Assembly (NCBI GenBank): GCA_964445535.1
Contig: CAYULX010000001.1
Location: 647 to 64,646 of the forward strand
Direction: 5' to 3'
Source of the DNA: an uncultured Eubacterium sp.
Lineage (GTDB): Bacteria > Bacillota > Clostridia > Lachnospirales > Lachnospiraceae
Length of the DNA: 64,000 nt
Shown here: positions 10,161 to 20,946 of the stretch, piece by piece
Numbering within the stretch: the stretch's first letter is position 1
Layout of the letters: the number at the start of each line of letters is the position of its first letter
The notes under the pieces: model-generated
The model's database searches: none
The model's input: only the letters and a program-made list of their open reading frames with translations
What the model was told of the DNA's origin: nothing
Position numbers and translations under genes: made by a program

Positions 10161-12449
10161 TTATCTCCGGTTATAGTTAATCAGACATCCTTTCAGGATA
10201 ATCTCTCTTTCATCATCGGTAAGCTCACCCATATGTAAGGTAAATGCATGGAGCGTGCCATCTTTTATCTGGTAGACGGTAAACTCCGTAGCCTTGGCTT
10301 CCACTGCCTTGCGTACATCCGGCACGAAAAGATAATCTCCGTTGGCAAACGGAAGGTCTTCTCCGTCAATTAAGAACGGAAGCATACCCCAGTTAATCAG
10401 GTTGGAGCGATATCTTTTTGTGGCGTACTCGTTGGCAATATTGGCCCAGCCGCCCAGTACTTTCTGACAGGAAGCCGCCTGTTCTCTGGCGGAACCGTCG
10501 CCTGGTTTTACGGCGAAAATGGTACTGCCGACTCCCATGTTATCCGCACTGACTTCCGAATATTTTGTGCGGATGGCGTCAAGAACTGCCTGAAGTTCAC
10601 CGAGAACTTCTGTCGGATTCTCTCCGGCTTCGATGGCTTTCTGTGCTTTCTGCACTTCCTTGGCCCTTCCCACATAGGCCGGGTCTTTCCGGGACAGGGT
10701 GAACTCAGCCAGTCCCAGCGGATTAGAACGATAGGAAGAAGTCTCTCCGGACGGAATCAGTTCATCAGTGGTGGTTACCGGATCGTGAATCTCAGATACT
10801 ACTTTGAGAATCAGGTTTTGCGGCAGCGGGCTCATGGCCGGCCAGTCTTTGATGTTCGGTCCCATTTTGATTTCCACCGTCGGATCTGCAACGCCTTTGC
10901 TGTCAAAGATGCGGTTCGCATAAATGCTGCTGTCAAAGAAGTATTTCTTTCCTTTAATCTCCACATCCAAGTCAGTGGCCGGTGTCAGGAAACCTTTGTT
11001 GGCTGCCGTCGCAGCGATGGAGCGGGCGTCCATCAATGCCACAGAGGCAATCTGTCCGTTCTGGAGCTTGGAACCTTCTCTGTTCGGGAAGTTTCTGGTG
11101 GAGTGGCGGATACTCAGACTGTTGTTGGACGGAGTATCTCCCGCGCCGAAGCAAGGACCGCAGAAGGCAGTCTTCACAATGGCTCCGGCTTCCATGAAGT
11201 CAGCCACCGCACCGTTTTTCACCAGTTCCATAAAGACTGGCGTACTGGCCGGATATACGCTCAACGTAAACTCATCCGGTCCGATAGATTGTCCCTTTAA
11301 GATATCCGCCGCGGCACAGAGGTTCTCAAATCCGCCGCCGGCACATCCGGCGATGATCCCCTGCTCCACATACAATTTTCCATCATGCACTTTATCTTTT
11401 AAGGTAAACTCTACCTGACCATCCAGGCTGACAAGGGCTTTCTTCTCGCAATCTTCCAGCACATCCATCAGGTTGGCGTTCATCTCTTCGATAGTGTAAG
11501 TGTTGCTTGGATGGAACGGCATGGCGATCATCGGACGAATGGTACTAAGATCAATCTTAATCATGCCGTCATAATATGCCACATCGGCCGGATTCAGTTC
11601 CTTATAATCCTGTTCTCTTCCATGAATCTCGTAGAACTCGCGGATGGTCTCATCGGTTCTCCAGATAGAGGAAAGGCAGGTGGTCTCCGTGGTCATAACG
11701 TCCACGCCGATGCGGAAATCCGCACTTAAAGACGCCACGCCAGGGCCTACGAATTCCATGACTTTATTATTCACATAACCGTTTTTAAACACTTCTCCGA
11801 TGATGGCAAGAGCCACGTCCTGCGGTCCCACGCCCGGAATCGGCGCACCGGTCATATATACGCCGACTACGCCCGGCATATTAATATCGTATGTCTGATT
11901 CAAAAGCTGTTTTACCAGCTCCGGTCCGCCTTCTCCCATAGCCATAGTTCCCAGCGCTCCATAACGGGTATGGGAATCAGAACCAAGAATCATGGCGCCG
12001 CCGCAGGCCAGCATCTCTCTGGCAAACTGATGGATAACCGCCTGATGAGGCGGAACATAGATGCCGCCGTAGCGTTTCGCACAGGTCAATCCAAACATAT
12101 GGTCGTCTTCATTGATGGTGCCGCCCACCGCACAAAGGCTGTTGTGGCAGTTGGTGAGCACATATGGCATCGGGAACTTTTCCAGCCCTGATGCTCTTGC
12201 TGTCTGAATGATACCCACATAGGTAATATCATGGGATGTCAGTTTATCAAAACGAATCTTCAGCTTGTCCATATTATCAGACGTGTTGTGGGTTTTCAGG
12301 ATGCCATAGGCAATGGTTCCCTGCGCCGCCTCTTCTTTAGCGGGGGTGGTTCCCAACATGGCCTGAAGTTGTTTTGCTGCTTCCGGGGTATCTTCGATAA
12401 TTTCACTGCCGTGAACAAGATACGCTCCGTATTGTAATAATTCAATCAT
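10161..12449 (-). CDS. ybhJ: Aconitase-family hydratase, YbhJ-like, [4Fe-4S]
   Basis: [24 protein letters not shown], cluster ligands IAGCAGG and [19 protein letters not shown]; closely resembles E. coli YbhJ as recalled. Confidence 0.85.
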   Translation of the reverse strand: MIELLQYGAYLVHGSEIIEDTPEAAKQLQAMLGTTPAKEEAAQGTIAYGILKTHNTSDNMDKLKIRFDKLTSHDITYVGIIQTARASGLEKFPMPYVLTNCHNSLCAVGGTINEDDHMFGLTCAKRYGGIYVPPHQAVIHQFAREMLACGGAMILGSDSHTRYGALGTMAMGEGGPELVKQLLNQTYDINMPGVVGVYMTGAPIPGVGPQDVALAIIGEVFKNGYVNNKVMEFVGPGVASLSADFRIGVDVMTTETTCLSSIWRTDETIREFYEIHGREQDYKELNPADVAYYDGMIKIDLSTIRPMIAMPFHPSNTYTIEEMNANLMDVLEDCEKKALVSLDGQVEFTLKDKVHDGKLYVEQGIIAGCAGGGFENLCAAADILKGQSIGPDEFTLSVYPASTPVFMELVKNGAVADFMEAGAIVKTAFCGPCFGAGDTPSNNSLSIRHSTRNFPNREGSKLQNGQIASVALMDARSIAATAANKGFLTPATDLDVEIKGKKYFFDSSIYANRIFDSKGVADPTVEIKMGPNIKDWPAMSPLPQNLILKVVSEIHDPVTTTDELIPSGETSSYRSNPLGLAEFTLSRKDPAYVGRAKEVQKAQKAIEAGENPTEVLGELQAVLDAIRTKYSEVSADNMGVGSTIFAVKPGDGSAREQAASCQKVLGGWANIANEYATKRYRSNLINWGMLPFLIDGEDLPFANGDYLFVPDVRKAVEAKATEFTVYQIKDGTLHAFTLHMGELTDDEREIILKGCLINYNRR

Positions 12450-12574
12450 GTTTTTTGTCCTCCTGTGTGTCTGTGATGTTTTGCATGAAAAAATACTGCA
12501 AATCTATATCGCAAGGCAAAATTACTGCCTTTTTTCACTCAGTTTTTCCGCCTTTATAACAGAATATCGTTCTT

Positions 12575-12603
12575 ATTCTATCATTATCCCTGAAAGTTGA
12601 CAA
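12575..12603 (-). promoter_or_regulatory. Probable SigA-type promoter of the hydratase-ilvBN operon
   Basis: TTGTCA-N17-TAGAAT. Confidence 0.5.
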
Positions 12604-12975
12604 GAATGTTCCTGCAAAAAAGAGGATTTGCTGTAATAGTTGGTCCATGCGCCCGGAAAAGTAAAAGAAACGTTGCAGAATTACCCATCTCCCTTTTTTC
12701 GCAAGGACGCCTGCCAAAAACATGGCGCCATTAAAAACGCAGAGCGCGGCCAGCGTCCTTTCCTGCACTTTTTCCGTCCACTTCACATAAGTATCTCATA
12801 TGGCTTCTCCGCGGAGAATCTGGAGTCAAAAATAAAAAAGCACATAGAAAATGAGAAAAAAGAAAAGCGAATCAAGGCATTCCTGCTCTGCGCTCCGAAG
12901 CCATGACCGCTTTTTCTCTTTTGTCAAATAATCCTTCCGGTTTTCCGAAAGTCTTCGTTTCACCTCACCGGCTGA

Positions 12976-13045
12976 TCGACTGCGCCTGTCCTTTATGCGT
13001 CCCGGTCATTCGACTGTGCCTGTCTTTTGCGCGCCGGCCGTCTGC
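12976..13045. repeat. Imperfect 34-bp tandem repeat downstream of fbp
   Basis: TCGACTG(C/T)GCCTGTC at 12976 and 13010 with similar continuations. Confidence 0.55.
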
Positions 13046-13057
13046 CCGTTTTATTGG

Positions 13058-15019
13058 TCACACCTGTTCCAGAATCAGACCGGAACGATAGGCATAGAGT
13101 AATTCTTCCAGATCCTTAATCTTTTCTTTTATCTTCTTTCCGTTTTCCGTATCGCGCACGCGTTCCCGGTGACTGGAAAGTTCTGTGATGACCGTATCGG
13201 AATGTACGTCAATTTCATTTTCTATGACGTCTTCCGTGGAAGTAAATGTATTGTGGGAAACAAGACGCAAACCGTAAGAGTTATAAATCAGCGTGTACCC
13301 TGCGATGCCTGTCGTCCTGCGATACGCTCTGGAAAAGCCGCCGTCAATAATCATGACTTTACCGCCGCATTTCACCGGAGATTCTCCCTGCACTGTTTTT
13401 ACCGGCATGTGACCGTTGATGATATGGGAGTGTTCCGTATCCATGCCAAATTCTTCCAGAATCCGGTTCGCCACTTCTTCTTTCTCAATCAGCTTATAAT
13501 AATAGTCTTTTTTCTCTTCCTGAATGGCTTTATCATCGATAAAGTACCGCTCAAAGGTTGCCATCTTCTCTTTGCCGTAAAGAGGAGAATTCTCATTGGA
13601 CCAAATGTACCACATGATATCCTTGCCGTACTCGTGTTCTTCCTCATTATCCTGCTCGTAGTATCCTTTTCTGGCATAGTATTCCAGGACATCATAAAGC
13701 TTTTTGCCGGAGTATTCTTTACTGCCGAGCTTTACTTTTCGGAAATAACCGTTCTCGTCCAACGGCACGCAGCCATGATACAGCAGATTGGAATTATACC
13801 GCAGATACATGCTTCCTTTATTAAAGAGAAAACGTACATGCTCCTGCAATTTATCACAATTACTGAAATTCATGCGAAGCCGGTTCATGAGGCTCTCTTC
13901 TTCTGGAGAGAGCCGGTACGGATCTGCCGGGTCGATGGTTGGAAACGACTTATCCAAAAGCTCATACGTCTTTCCGTCGATGGTGATAGTTCCCTTTTCG
14001 TAATCAATCTTGTGAAGAAGCATACGGTTATCCATATTAAACTCCGGCCGCTTTTTGATAACCTGGCCTTCCAGCTTAAACTGGATGATGGCGATGGCCT
14101 TGTGCATCTTTTTGTTGAGCTCCACCTCCCTTGGATCATGGTGATCCTCGGCGTGAACTCCGAAACAGTCGCATGGGTCGTCCTTGTACGTTTCAATGGC
14201 GAAACTTGCCAGCGGCACAAGATTGATTCCGTAGCCATCTTCCAATACATCCAGATTATTGTAGCGGGCGGAAAGTCGGATAACGTTGGCGATACATGCT
14301 TCATGGCCGGAGGCCGCTCCCATCCAGACCACATCATGATTCCCCCACTGGAAATCCACATTTTCCAACTCCATCAGATGATCCATGATGATATGGGGGC
14401 CCGGTCCCCGGTCGAAAATATCTCCGATCACATGGAGTCTTGTGACAACCAGCCGCTGAATGGTCTGGGAAATGGCTACAATAAACTCTTTTGCCCGGTT
14501 GATGCGGATAATTGTGTCAAAAATCTCATTATAATATTGCTCCTTCTGCACCACGCGGTTGTTCTCGCTGAGCAATTCCTCCAGAATATAGGAAAAATCC
14601 GGCGGAAAGCTTTTTCTTAGTTTGGAACGGGTATATTTTGCCGAGCTCTCCTTGCAGACGGCAATCAGTCGATTTAAGGACACTTTATACCAGTCCCTCA
14701 AGTCTTCCAGGGACAGTTCCATTTTCATTCTCTCCACCTTTTGCTCCGGATAGTAAATGAGAGCGGCCAGACTTTTTTTATCTTTGGCGCTGAGCGTATT
14801 GCCGAACACATCTTCAATTTTATTGCGGATTGCTCCGGACCCATTTCTTAAAATATGTAAAAACTGTTCATACTCTCCATGGACGTCGGATACAAAATGC
14901 TCCGTCTCTTTAGGAAGATTTAAAATCGCCTGAAGATTGATAATCTCCGTGGAAGCCCGGGCGATGTTTGGATATTGCGTTGCCAGACTTTCCAGATATT
15001 TAAAATTTAAATGCTGCAT
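13058..15019 (-). CDS. fbp: Fructose-1,6-bisphosphatase class 3
   Basis: 653 aa; SDVHGE, GDIFDRG, WGNHD, NGHMPV, IDGGFSRAY motifs. Confidence 0.95.
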   Translation of the reverse strand: MQHLNFKYLESLATQYPNIARASTEIINLQAILNLPKETEHFVSDVHGEYEQFLHILRNGSGAIRNKIEDVFGNTLSAKDKKSLAALIYYPEQKVERMKMELSLEDLRDWYKVSLNRLIAVCKESSAKYTRSKLRKSFPPDFSYILEELLSENNRVVQKEQYYNEIFDTIIRINRAKEFIVAISQTIQRLVVTRLHVIGDIFDRGPGPHIIMDHLMELENVDFQWGNHDVVWMGAASGHEACIANVIRLSARYNNLDVLEDGYGINLVPLASFAIETYKDDPCDCFGVHAEDHHDPREVELNKKMHKAIAIIQFKLEGQVIKKRPEFNMDNRMLLHKIDYEKGTITIDGKTYELLDKSFPTIDPADPYRLSPEEESLMNRLRMNFSNCDKLQEHVRFLFNKGSMYLRYNSNLLYHGCVPLDENGYFRKVKLGSKEYSGKKLYDVLEYYARKGYYEQDNEEEHEYGKDIMWYIWSNENSPLYGKEKMATFERYFIDDKAIQEEKKDYYYKLIEKEEVANRILEEFGMDTEHSHIINGHMPVKTVQGESPVKCGGKVMIIDGGFSRAYRRTTGIAGYTLIYNSYGLRLVSHNTFTSTEDVIENEIDVHSDTVITELSSHRERVRDTENGKKIKEKIKDLEELLYAYRSGLILEQV

Positions 15020-15124
15020 ACATTTAACCCCCTTTTATGACGGATTTCGCCTCTTTCCACGCAGTTTCAGAAAAAATCCGCCTGTTTTTTTACTTCCCCC
15101 AGTATTTGTCAGTATATCCCTTTC

Positions 15125-16747
15125 TTATCCTTCCTGCTGATAATCATCTTTCTGCTGAAGCTGCAGGTACTGCCGCATCTCAATGATCGGCAGACCGTTG
15201 TTGCGGATATAATCCTCGGTGATAATCACCCTTCCGATATTATCATCTTTCGGAATCTCATACATAATATCCAGCATAAACTTCTCAATGATGGCACGCA
15301 GCGCCCTTGCCCCCGTATCTTTTTCCATTGCTTTTTCCGCAATGGCGTAAAGCGCTCCATCTTCAAATTGCAGCTTCACTTCATCCAGCTCCAGAAGCTT
15401 CTGGTACTGTTTTAAAATGGCATTCTTTGGCTCTTTCAAAATAGCAACCAGCATCTCCTTTGTCAATGGTTTCAGCGTAAAGATTACCGGAAGCCGACCG
15501 ATGAACTCCGGTATCATACCGAACTTTCGGAGATCTTCTATGGTCACATACTGAACAATATCCTTTTCTTTATCGTATTTATCTTTCAGTTCCGCGGCAA
15601 ATCCGATGGAAGATTGTTTATTCAGTCTCTCTTTTATGATAACATCCAGATCCGGAAATGCTCCGCCGCAGATAAAGAGAATATTTCTCGTATTCATTAC
15701 CACCGTCGGCACCATGGCATTTTTGGAACTAGCTCCCACCGGAACCTCCACCTCGCTGCCCTCCAAAAGTTTGAGAAGGGATTGCTGCACGGATTCTCCA
15801 CTCACATCACGGCTGGTCGTATTCTTTTTCTTTGCGATTTTATCAATCTCATCAATAAAAATGATACCGGTCTCCGCCTTCTCCACATCATTGCCTGCAT
15901 TGGCCAGCAGTTTGGACAACACGCTCTCCACGTCATCTCCGATGTAACCGGCTTCCGTCAAAGAGGTAGCGTCACAGATGGCGAGAGGTACATTTAATAA
16001 TCTCGCCAGCGTTCTTACCAGGTAGGTCTTGCCAGAACCCGTCGGCCCGATCATCAGCATATTGGACTTATCAATCTCAATCTCGTCCATGGTATTGGTA
16101 ATCACTCTCTTGTAGTGATTATACACGGCGACGGACATGACTTTTTTGGCGTAATCCTGCCCGATCACATACTCATCCAGCTTTGCTTTAATCTGGTGCG
16201 GCGCCGGGATATTTTTGATGGAGAGTTTCTCCTTCGGAGCCTTATCCTTTTTCTTTTTCTTCTTTGCCTTCTTCGGTTTCACCTTCTGGGCAGTCATATT
16301 TCCGGCCAGAAGATCACCCAGATTCATGTTCCGCAGACTGCTGATATCCATATTGGACAAATCCACGAACTGAATACCGCTGTTATTGCCAAAGCCGGAA
16401 CTAAAGGTATCAAAGGATTTCTGCATACAGTCGGTGCAGATACTCATATTATTCGGCATCCGCAGCAACTTCGCCCCCTGACTCTCCGTCCGATGGCACA
16501 TACAGCAATACTCCGTATCTTTTTTCGGCTTGTCTTCTCCGTCGTTATCTTCCGCCGCTGCCAGCTCTGCGGAATCTTCATCCTCATCATCAGATTCGCT
16601 CTCGTCATCGTGCACATCGGAATCCTCTTCATCATCGTGCGCATCGAATCCACTTTCATCGAGATTCCGCTCGTCTAAGACGTCATTTTCCTGTGAAACA
16701 GTTATATCATCCTCTTCTATCATGTATTCTCTTTTATCTTTTTCCAT
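15125..16747 (-). CDS. clpX: ClpX-family AAA+ unfoldase with long acidic N-terminal extension
   Basis: C4 zinc finger (CCMC...CTDC), Walker A GPTGSGKT, IFIDEIDK, IGF loop; ATG 16747 chosen from AGGAG spacing. Confidence 0.9.
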   Translation of the reverse strand: MEKDKREYMIEEDDITVSQENDVLDERNLDESGFDAHDDEEDSDVHDDESESDDEDEDSAELAAAEDNDGEDKPKKDTEYCCMCHRTESQGAKLLRMPNNMSICTDCMQKSFDTFSSGFGNNSGIQFVDLSNMDISSLRNMNLGDLLAGNMTAQKVKPKKAKKKKKKDKAPKEKLSIKNIPAPHQIKAKLDEYVIGQDYAKKVMSVAVYNHYKRVITNTMDEIEIDKSNMLMIGPTGSGKTYLVRTLARLLNVPLAICDATSLTEAGYIGDDVESVLSKLLANAGNDVEKAETGIIFIDEIDKIAKKKNTTSRDVSGESVQQSLLKLLEGSEVEVPVGASSKNAMVPTVVMNTRNILFICGGAFPDLDVIIKERLNKQSSIGFAAELKDKYDKEKDIVQYVTIEDLRKFGMIPEFIGRLPVIFTLKPLTKEMLVAILKEPKNAILKQYQKLLELDEVKLQFEDGALYAIAEKAMEKDTGARALRAIIEKFMLDIMYEIPKDDNIGRVIITEDYIRNNGLPIIEMRQYLQLQQKDDYQQEG

Positions 16748-16810
16748 TCTCACCGCTCCTGTTTCTTTTCCTTACTGCATTTTGTACAACGCTTACCTTT
16801 GCCTATATAT

Positions 16811-17524
16811 CTATGGTTCCCGGATATTATTCATACTTTTTAAAATAGCTTCTCCCAGTATAAAATCACCCGGGGTTGTCAGCTTAATATTTTCGTAGCT
16901 TCCCATGGTCATTTTTACCCGGCGGCTGCCGTATTTCTCCATCACCATGGCGTCATCGGTCATGGTGGCGTCGCCGTTTTTCAGCATCTGCCGGTAAGCT
17001 TCCCTGATTTCCAAAAGCCGGAAACACTGCGGCGTCTGCATCTGCCACATTACCTTTCGATCCGGCGTGGAGACGGAATACTGCTCCTCGTCTACTATTT
17101 TGATAGTATCCTTCACAGGTACCGCCATGACACAGGCGTCGTAGGATATCACATCTTTGATGCATTGTGCGATCAGTTCCGGCGTTATAAATGCTCTGGC
17201 ACCGTCGTGGATGAGCACATAGTCCGCTTTTGCCGCACGGAGTCCCTGATATGCTGATTCATATCGCTCTTTTCCTCCGGTGACAATCCGCGTCACTTTT
17301 TTATAGCCAAAACGATGAACAATCTGTTCCTGTGCAAATGGAATCTCTCCTTCTCCCACCACGAGGATGATTTCATCCACCTCGCTGGCTTCAAAGGCAT
17401 CCAGCGTGTAGGCAATCACCGGTTTCCCCAGTATCCTGACGTACTGTTTTTGTATATCCATGTGCATCCGGCTTCCTTTTCCCGCCGCCAGCACAACGGC
17501 TGCTGTTTTCGCTTTGGTTTTCAT
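16811..17524 (-). CDS. ispD: 2-C-methyl-D-erythritol 4-phosphate cytidylyltransferase
   Basis: VLAAGKGSRM, KQY, HDGAR, QTPQ, NIKLTTP; start moved to ATG 17524 to remove the tsaD overlap. Confidence 0.92.
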   Translation of the reverse strand: MKTKAKTAAVVLAAGKGSRMHMDIQKQYVRILGKPVIAYTLDAFEASEVDEIILVVGEGEIPFAQEQIVHRFGYKKVTRIVTGGKERYESAYQGLRAAKADYVLIHDGARAFITPELIAQCIKDVISYDACVMAVPVKDTIKIVDEEQYSVSTPDRKVMWQMQTPQCFRLLEIREAYRQMLKNGDATMTDDAMVMEKYGSRRVKMTMGSYENIKLTTPGDFILGEAILKSMNNIREP

Positions 17525-17543
17525 TCCCCCGTTTACGTCCTCC

Positions 17544-18581
17544 TTATTTTTTCCTCTCACCGATTTTCAGATTCGGCACAGCGTTTAAATCCCAGCCGTC
17601 ACGGACGCCCTTTTTATATTCGTAATAGCCCGCCACGCCAATCATTGCCGCGTTATCGGTGCAGTAAACCGGCGACGGATGATAAAAAGTCAGATGGTTT
17701 TTCCCGCACAGGGCCTCCATTTGCGTCCGCAAGGAGCTGTTGGAAGCCACGCCTCCGGCAATGGCTACCTTGCCGATGCCAAGTCTCTTTGCCGCCGCGA
17801 CGGTGTGTTCCGTGAGCACATCGATGACGGACTGCTGAAAGGAGGCGGCCACATCCGCCTTATTGACCGAAATGCCTTTCATCTCACATTGATTGAGATA
17901 GTTGAGCACTGCGGATTTCAGTCCGCTGAAACTGAAATCATCCGGCGCGTCGGCAATCTTTGCTCGCGGAAAGGAAATGGCGTTTTTATCGCCTTCCCTG
18001 GCCAGTTTGTCAATCTTTGGTCCCCCCGGATACCCAAGGCCGATGGCTCGCGCCACCTTGTCAAAGGCTTCCCCCGCCGCGTCATCTCTTGTTCTCCCCA
18101 CAATCTCATATACTCCATAGTCTTTTACCAGAACCAGATGAGAATGTCCTCCAGACGCCACCAGGCATAAAAACGGCGGTTCCAGTTCTTTATGCTCAAT
18201 ATAATTGGCGCTAATATGGCCTTCGATATGATGGACTCCAATTAAAGGCTTCCCGGCAGCATAAGCGATGGCCTTCGCCTCCGCCACGCCTACCAGCAGT
18301 GCGCCCACCAGGCCCGGACCGTAGGTGACTGCCACGGCGTCAATGTCTGCCAATGCGACACCAGCTTCCTGCAGCGCCGCCTCAATGACAGGATTTATCT
18401 TCTCTATATGCTTTCTGGAAGCAATCTCCGGCACCACTCCGCCGAAGACAGTGTGCAGTTTTATCTGTGTGTAAATGATATTGGACAGAATCTCTCTTCC
18501 GTTTTTCACCACTGCCGCCGCAGTCTCGTCACAGGAAGTCTCGATGGCGAGAATCAGCACATCCTTCTCTGTCTGCTCCAT
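17544..18581 (-). CDS. tsaD: tRNA N6-adenosine threonylcarbamoyltransferase
   Basis: [44 protein letters not shown]. Confidence 0.97.
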   Translation of the reverse strand: MEQTEKDVLILAIETSCDETAAAVVKNGREILSNIIYTQIKLHTVFGGVVPEIASRKHIEKINPVIEAALQEAGVALADIDAVAVTYGPGLVGALLVGVAEAKAIAYAAGKPLIGVHHIEGHISANYIEHKELEPPFLCLVASGGHSHLVLVKDYGVYEIVGRTRDDAAGEAFDKVARAIGLGYPGGPKIDKLAREGDKNAISFPRAKIADAPDDFSFSGLKSAVLNYLNQCEMKGISVNKADVAASFQQSVIDVLTEHTVAAAKRLGIGKVAIAGGVASNSSLRTQMEALCGKNHLTFYHPSPVYCTDNAAMIGVAGYYEYKKGVRDGWDLNAVPNLKIGERKK

Positions 18582-18627
18582 ATTTTCACTTCCCTCTATA
18601 TATTTTCAAATATCAAAATAAATTGAA

Positions 18628-19536
18628 TCATTCCTCAAACATCAGCGTAATGCTTCTGCCGTCTTTTCCGGCGCTGACTGCCGGAAAAATCTCCCTGGCT
18701 TTCGGAATAAACTCCTCCGGGTATACCAGAGACGGGCTGTAATGGGTCAGCCATAATTCTTTCACCTGGGCCTCCTTTGCCAGCTTCGCCGCCTCATAGA
18801 AGGTCATATGTTTATATTCCACTGCCTTCGCCTGCTTATCAGGCTCGCCGTACATTCCTTCACAGATGAATAAATCTGACTTCATGGCATGGGCTGTGAT
18901 GGACGACGTCGGACGGCTATCTGTGGTGTAAGTACACTTGATGCCCTTTCTTGCCGGCCCCATGACCAGATCTCCGGTGAGAGTGCGGTCCGGAAGCTCA
19001 ATGGTTTCTCCCTTTTGCAGGCGGTTCCAGTACTTCATCTCCACCTGGTTGGCTCTGGCTCTCTCCACGTCAAACTTTCCTGCCCTGTCAATTTCAATAG
19101 TGTAACCGTAGCAGATTACATTATGATTGACCCGGAATGCCCGGAGGCGGTATCCATCCATCTCAATGGTTTCTGATTTTTCCTTCAGTTCCCGAAACTC
19201 GATGGGAAACGGCAGATCCGGCGCGATGACCCGCAGAGCGTTGACCACTCGTTCCAGTCCCCTCGGCCCGACCATTAAAAGCGGCTCCGTCCGCTGGGCG
19301 TTTCCCAGCGTCAAAAGGAGTCCCGGCAGGCCGCTGATATGGTCCGCATGATAATGGGTAAAACAAATCACATCGATGGGCTTAAAACTCCATCCCTTTT
19401 CTTTGATACCCACCTGCGTACCTTCGCCGCAATCGATCAATATACTTTTTCCGTTATATCTCGCCATCAATGAAGTCAGTCTGCGGTGTGGCAGGGGCAT
19501 CATACCCCCGCATCCCAGCAAACACAGTTCCAGCAT
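18628..19536 (-). CDS. rnz: Ribonuclease Z
   Basis: DCGEGTQ, THYHADHISG, THYS; start MLELCLLGCGG. Confidence 0.9.
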   Translation of the reverse strand: MLELCLLGCGGMMPLPHRRLTSLMARYNGKSILIDCGEGTQVGIKEKGWSFKPIDVICFTHYHADHISGLPGLLLTLGNAQRTEPLLMVGPRGLERVVNALRVIAPDLPFPIEFRELKEKSETIEMDGYRLRAFRVNHNVICYGYTIEIDRAGKFDVERARANQVEMKYWNRLQKGETIELPDRTLTGDLVMGPARKGIKCTYTTDSRPTSSITAHAMKSDLFICEGMYGEPDKQAKAVEYKHMTFYEAAKLAKEAQVKELWLTHYSPSLVYPEEFIPKAREIFPAVSAGKDGRSITLMFEE

Positions 19537-19767
19537 AATTTTCCTCTCTTTTCTAAGTTTTTCAATTACAAAAGCTCTGTCTGCATTCTTTTTCCACAGG
19601 AATGCAAAAATGTTCTGCCAACCTGTCATAACAGGACTCACATAAAACGAAATGATGGATCTCCCCATCTTTCCTATTCCTTATTGACAACCCATCCTCT
19701 GTCCTTTCGCACTCATTATAAAAGATATTGTCGAAAAAAGTGTTAGTAACTATTGGAAGAACATTTT

Positions 19768-20211
19768 TTACGTTTCATTCCATACCATGATGTACGCGTC
19801 TTCTTTTGGATCATCATAATAATTTTTTCTGATATCTATCGTCTGAAAACCTGCCTGTTCGTAAAATGCTCGCGCCGCCTCATTGGAGACCCGCACTTCC
19901 AGAAAGATCCGACGTACACCTTTTTGTACCGCTTCCTTCAAAAGCACCTCCAAAAGCTCTCTGCCAATTCCCCGGCGCTGCCATTGGGGATGCACCGCCA
20001 CATTGGTGATATCCGCCTCGTCAAGAACTGCCTTGACGCCGATGTAACCGATTATACTGCCATTCTCACAGGCGGTCAGGCTTACATACCCCGCCGTCGT
20101 GAACATTTCCCGGATACTCTCCAGTGACCAGGCTCGGGAAAAACATTTCTTCTGTAATTCCCATACGGCCTCACAGTCGTTTTCAGACATTTTTTTGATT
20201 TCAATATTCAT
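19768..20211 (-). CDS. rimI: Ribosomal protein S18-alanine N-acetyltransferase
   Basis: GNAT motifs NVAVHP.WQRRGIG, LEVRVSNEAA, RKNYY...EDA; follows tsaB. Confidence 0.92.
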   Translation of the reverse strand: MNIEIKKMSENDCEAVWELQKKCFSRAWSLESIREMFTTAGYVSLTACENGSIIGYIGVKAVLDEADITNVAVHPQWQRRGIGRELLEVLLKEAVQKGVRRIFLEVRVSNEAARAFYEQAGFQTIDIRKNYYDDPKEDAYIMVWNET

Positions 20212-20217
20212 GGACCG

Positions 20218-20946
20218 TCAATCCTCCGGCATGTTCTGTTCCAATGTCTTTCCTTTTGCCAGAAGCTCTCTTTCCGCCTGGGATTTTCTCAGATAGACCG
20301 GCGCGTGTTCCGCCGCCGATTCCATTTTGTTCTCACGAATGTAATCAAAGGCCCTCATTCCCACAGCTCCTGCCCGCTGACGGCTCATGTGCGCCGGCGC
20401 CAGAGTATAAGGTACGGTCATTTTCTCTTCAATAACAGAACGATACACCGGGACGCCATCTCCGAGAAAAACGGCTTTCCGCCCCTGTGCATTGCACTCT
20501 TCCAGAATCTCTTCCACCGGGCAGGCAGCCTGTTCTTTGAGAACCTGCATTTTCCCATCGGCGAATGTATATAATCCTGTGTATACCTGTTTTCTCCTGG
20601 CGTCCATCATCGGACAGATCATATCCGTACATCCGCAGAGATTGAAGGCAAGACCTTCCAGTGTGGGAACCGGCACAATGGGTTTATTAAGCGTCAGACC
20701 CAGACCCTTAGCTGTGGCGGAGCCGATACGAAGTCCCGTAAAGGAACCCGGGCCGACCGCCACGGCAATGGCGTCAATCTCCTGCAAATCAAGTTCTGTC
20801 ATTTTTGCCACTTCGTCCAGCATGGGAAGCAGCGTCTGGGAATGTGTTTTTTTGTAATTGACGGTGTATTCCGCAATCATCTGCTCTTCCTCCAGAACCG
20901 CTATGGACGCCACCAGACCCGAGCTGTCAAAGGCCAGTATCTTCAT
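20218..20946 (-). CDS. tsaB: t6A modification protein TsaB
   Basis: HSQTLLPM, GPGSFTGLRIG, DARRKQVY. Confidence 0.95.
   Translation of the reverse strand: MKILAFDSSGLVASIAVLEEEQMIAEYTVNYKKTHSQTLLPMLDEVAKMTELDLQEIDAIAVAVGPGSFTGLRIGSATAKGLGLTLNKPIVPVPTLEGLAFNLCGCTDMICPMMDARRKQVYTGLYTFADGKMQVLKEQAACPVEEILEECNAQGRKAVFLGDGVPVYRSVIEEKMTVPYTLAPAHMSRQRAGAVGMRAFDYIRENKMESAAEHAPVYLRKSQAERELLAKGKTLEQNMPED

Noticed and set aside
12450-12575. T-box or attenuator ahead of the ilv operon (also checked 59130-59280 for thrC)
   Set aside because: No T-box consensus, leader peptide or terminator/antiterminator pair found; the leaders are short.
19727-19733. Spo0A boxes TGTCGAA (also near 59218)
   Set aside because: Isolated 7-mers occur several times by chance in 64 kb.
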